Part shown: piece by piece, positions 61,993 through 64,000 of the stretch
How positions within the stretch are numbered: the first letter of the stretch is position 1
Layout: the number at the start of each line of letters is the position of its first letter
DNA from: Candidatus Dormiibacterota bacterium
GTDB taxonomy: Bacteria; Chloroflexota; Dormibacteria; Aeolococcales; Aeolococcaceae
NCBI GenBank assembly: GCA_035938875.1
Contig: DASZGL010000069.1
Coordinates: 13,056 to 77,055, forward strand
Direction of reading: 5' to 3'
Length of the DNA stretch: 64,000 bases
Translations under genes and position numbers: made by a program
The notes under the pieces: model-generated
Told to the model about the DNA's origin: nothing
Database searches by the model: none
What the model saw: the letters and a program-made list of their open reading frames with translations, nothing else

Positions 61993-63365
61993 GCGATAAC
62001 TCCTCGGTGGGTGACGTGCGCGGCGTCGCTGCCGAGCGTCGCAAGCAGTGCTTCCAGCGCAGCGCTGCGACGCAGCGGCAACGGCTGGGGATCCTCGATG
62101 CCGCGTACCGCCGAGGGCAGTCGGTCGCGCTCGGCGAGGCAGTGCCGGCGGATCTCGGCGAGCTCAGGGAGCTCGGCGCAGAGCTCACCGCGACGGATGA
62201 CGGCGTGCAGCAACCGCCGTCCCGGTAGCGTCTCGGCTTCGAGTCCGAGCGTGTCACCGGCCTCGTCGCGGAACAGCTGATGGATGCCGGGGTCGTTGCG
62301 CTTCTCCTCGCTGAGCTTCATCACCGGTTGCATGACTCCCGCGACCTCCTGGGCGACGAGCTTGTAGATGCCGCTGAGCGCAGGCGCGTCGTAGCTGGTG
62401 CCCATGCGGGTGCCGACGCCGAAGCTGTCGATGGGCGCGCCGGCGGCGACGAGGTCGCGGATGCGGTACTCGTCGAGGTCGTTGGAGGCGACGATCCGGG
62501 TGTCCTCGAATCCCTCGGCGTCGAGCTGCGCCCTGGACAGCACCGCGAGGGTGTCGAGGTCGCCGGAGTCGAGGCGGATGCCGCTGAGTCGGACATCGGT
62601 CGCGCGCGCCGCCTCGATGGCACGCTGCACGCCGCGCACGGTGTCGTAGGTGTCGACGAGAAGGACGGCGCGGTCGGGATAGTCGCGCAGGAACTGCGAG
62701 AACGCCTCGAGCTCGCCGGCCGGCCCATAGGCGAGCACGAAGTGGTGGGCCATGGTCCCGGTGATGGGAATCCCTAAGAGACGTCCCGCCACAACGGTCG
62801 CGGTTCCCTCGGCGCCGGCGACGTACGACGCCCTGGCGACCGCCACCGCGGCCTCGGGACCGTGGTCCCGGCGCAGCGAGAAATCCCACACGTGCCGCCC
62901 CGCGGCGGCGTCAACGACACGCGCCGCCTTGCTGGCGATGAGCGTCTGGTGATTGACCAGCGCCAGCAGCGCCGACTCCACCAGCGTCGCCTCGACGCGC
63001 GGCGCGGTGATGCGCAGCAGCGGCACGCCGGCACCGACGACGGTCCCCTCGGCGATGGCGTCGACGTCACCGCTGAAGCGCAGCCCTCGCAGGTGATCGA
63101 TGAACAGCCGGCCATACGACCCGAGCGACTCTAGGTAGGCGATGTCGGCGTCGTCAAAACGCAGCCCAATCAGATAGGCGAGCGCCTGCTCGAGGCCGGC
63201 GACAACGAGGTAGCCGCGCTGCGGCGGCAGTGTGCGCACCACCAGCTCGAAGCACACCCGCTCGGTCTGGCCGCGACGCAGAAAGGACTGCGCCATGGTC
63301 AGCTCGTACTCGTCGCAGTGCAGCGCGTATCCGTGCGTGCTCAGCGAGCGCGGCGGCAGTGTCAT
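61989..63365 (-). CDS. pncB: nicotinate phosphoribosyltransferase
   Basis: Raw ORF trimmed to the ATG at 63363-63365 (MTLPPRSL...). DEYELTMAQSF, GTMAHHFVLAY, LLVDTYD and IRLDSGD. The start overlaps the nrtR-like stop (ATGA). Confidence 0.85.
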   Translation of the reverse strand: MTLPPRSLSTHGYALHCDEYELTMAQSFLRRGQTERVCFELVVRTLPPQRGYLVVAGLEQALAYLIGLRFDDADIAYLESLGSYGRLFIDHLRGLRFSGDVDAIAEGTVVGAGVPLLRITAPRVEATLVESALLALVNHQTLIASKAARVVDAAAGRHVWDFSLRRDHGPEAAVAVARASYVAGAEGTATVVAGRLLGIPITGTMAHHFVLAYGPAGELEAFSQFLRDYPDRAVLLVDTYDTVRGVQRAIEAARATDVRLSGIRLDSGDLDTLAVLSRAQLDAEGFEDTRIVASNDLDEYRIRDLVAAGAPIDSFGVGTRMGTSYDAPALSGIYKLVAQEVAGVMQPVMKLSEEKRNDPGIHQLFRDEAGDTLGLEAETLPGRRLLHAVIRRGELCAELPELAEIRRHCLAERDRLPSAVRGIEDPQPLPLRRSAALEALLATLGSDAAHVTHRGVIA

Positions 63366-64000
63366 CGACGTTTCCGCGCCGGTCCGTTGGCGCCGACGAC
63401 GGCCGGCTGGCGCGAACGCCGCAGGCTCCATGCCGGGCGCCGCTCGACGAACTCGTACAGCGCCGCGGGCCGTCCAGGCACGCCCTTGACGACCTCGCCG
63501 GTGCTGCGCACCAAGCCGGAACGCTCCAGCTCGCGGCGAAAGTTGCTCGCCTCGTAGCGCACCCCGGAGATCGCCTCGTAGAGGCGGCGCGCCTGGGGCA
63601 TGGTGAAGTTCTCGGGGAGCAGCCCCACGGCGATGTTCGAGTACCACAGCTTGCCGCGAAGGCGCTCGACGCCGTCGGCGATGATCCGGGCGTGGTCGAA
63701 GGCCACCGGGGGCAGCTCGTCGACCCTGAACCAGCGCGCGGTGGTCGCCTCGGCGGTGAGCACCGCGGCGTCGATGAGCGCCAGGTAGGCGATGGACGGG
63801 ATCCATCCGCGGGGATCGCGATCGGCGCCACCGTAGGACTGCAGCTGCTCGAGGTAGATGGCGCCGACGCCGGCCTTCTCGGTCAGCTTGCGCTGCGCCG
63901 TCTGCTCGGGCTGCTCATCGGGGCTCATGAAGCCGCCGGGCAGCGCCCAGCGCCCCTTGTGGGGCTCGTCGTCGCGCTCGACGAGGAGGACGTGGAGGCG
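63362..64000 (-). CDS. nrtR: Nudix-related transcriptional regulator (NrtR-like), 5' end outside the window
   Basis: The reading frame stays open to the window edge (...RLHVLLVERDDEPHKGRWALPGGFMSPDEQPEQTAQRKLTEKAGV...). Degenerate Nudix box, then a C-terminal winged-helix-like segment (MPQARRLYEAISGVRYEASNFRRELERSGLV). Sits upstream of pncB-pncA. Confidence 0.7.
   Translation of the reverse strand, partial: RLHVLLVERDDEPHKGRWALPGGFMSPDEQPEQTAQRKLTEKAGVGAIYLEQLQSYGGADRDPRGWIPSIAYLALIDAAVLTAEATTARWFRVDELPPVAFDHARIIADGVERLRGKLWYSNIAVGLLPENFTMPQARRLYEAISGVRYEASNFRRELERSGLVRSTGEVVKGVPGRPAALYEFVERRPAWSLRRSRQPAVVGANGPARKRR

Overview
This is a 64 kb, very GC-rich bacterial chromosome segment. GC was judged by eye, not computed. 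Gene content and style resemble a high-GC Gram-positive-type lineage, but I cannot place the taxon without a database search. I support about 65 protein-coding genes plus one RNase P RNA, and most raw six-frame ORFs are alternate-frame noise inside real genes.

Layout:
- 0.4-5.9 kb: housekeeping metabolism (crotonase, MDR dehydrogenase, metF), small lipoproteins and an MFS transporter.
- 5.9-14.2 kb: a regulator-rich stretch. It holds a tiny membrane ORF, a 1146 aa STAND/AAA ATPase, a small membrane protein with three TEPHD repeats, an ABC-2 exporter, a MerR-PAS-PAS-GAF regulator and an atypical NarL-type response regulator.
- 14.2-28.7 kb: a tightly overlapping dcw cell-wall/division cluster on the minus strand, ordered mraZ-rsmH-ftsL-ftsI-murF-mraY-murD-ftsW-murG-murC-murB-ddl-ftsQ. 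It has no murE and no ftsA/ftsZ.
- 29.0-29.4 kb: rnpB, diverging from mraZ.
- 29.5-33.3 kb: three secreted or lipoprotein genes.
- 33.5-38.0 kb: GNAT, rnhA, a COG1579-type zinc-ribbon protein, trpD and an MFS.
- 38.0-38.6 kb: about 550 nt of structured non-coding leader.
- 38.6-44.9 kb: HD-GYP, esterase, NUDIX, VOC, MBL-fold hydrolase and methyltransferase.
- 44.9-50.6 kb: PLD-like gene, lon, ABC ATPase and ABC-2 permease in a co-directional string.
- 50.7-64 kb: htrA, a molybdopterin oxidoreductase, a DUF1326/DUF2182-like pair, an acyl-CoA synthetase, PCD, a class II aldolase, an FAD oxidase and nrtR-pncB-pncA.

I found no transposase, integrase, prophage, CRISPR array, tRNA or rRNA, and no recognisable defence system.

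Observations most worth a second look:
1. A leader upstream of the MFS-trpD string, with a 13-codon uORF behind a strong Shine-Dalgarno and mutually exclusive hairpins.
2. The TEPHD-repeat membrane protein beside the effector-less STAND ATPase.
3. An Mpl-like ligase sitting in the murC slot of a dcw cluster that lacks murE.
4. A Lon protease with a roughly 75 aa low-complexity insertion, translationally coupled to an ABC exporter.
5. A textbook triple MraZ box upstream of mraZ.

All functional calls come from reading motifs in the translations. No database search was run.
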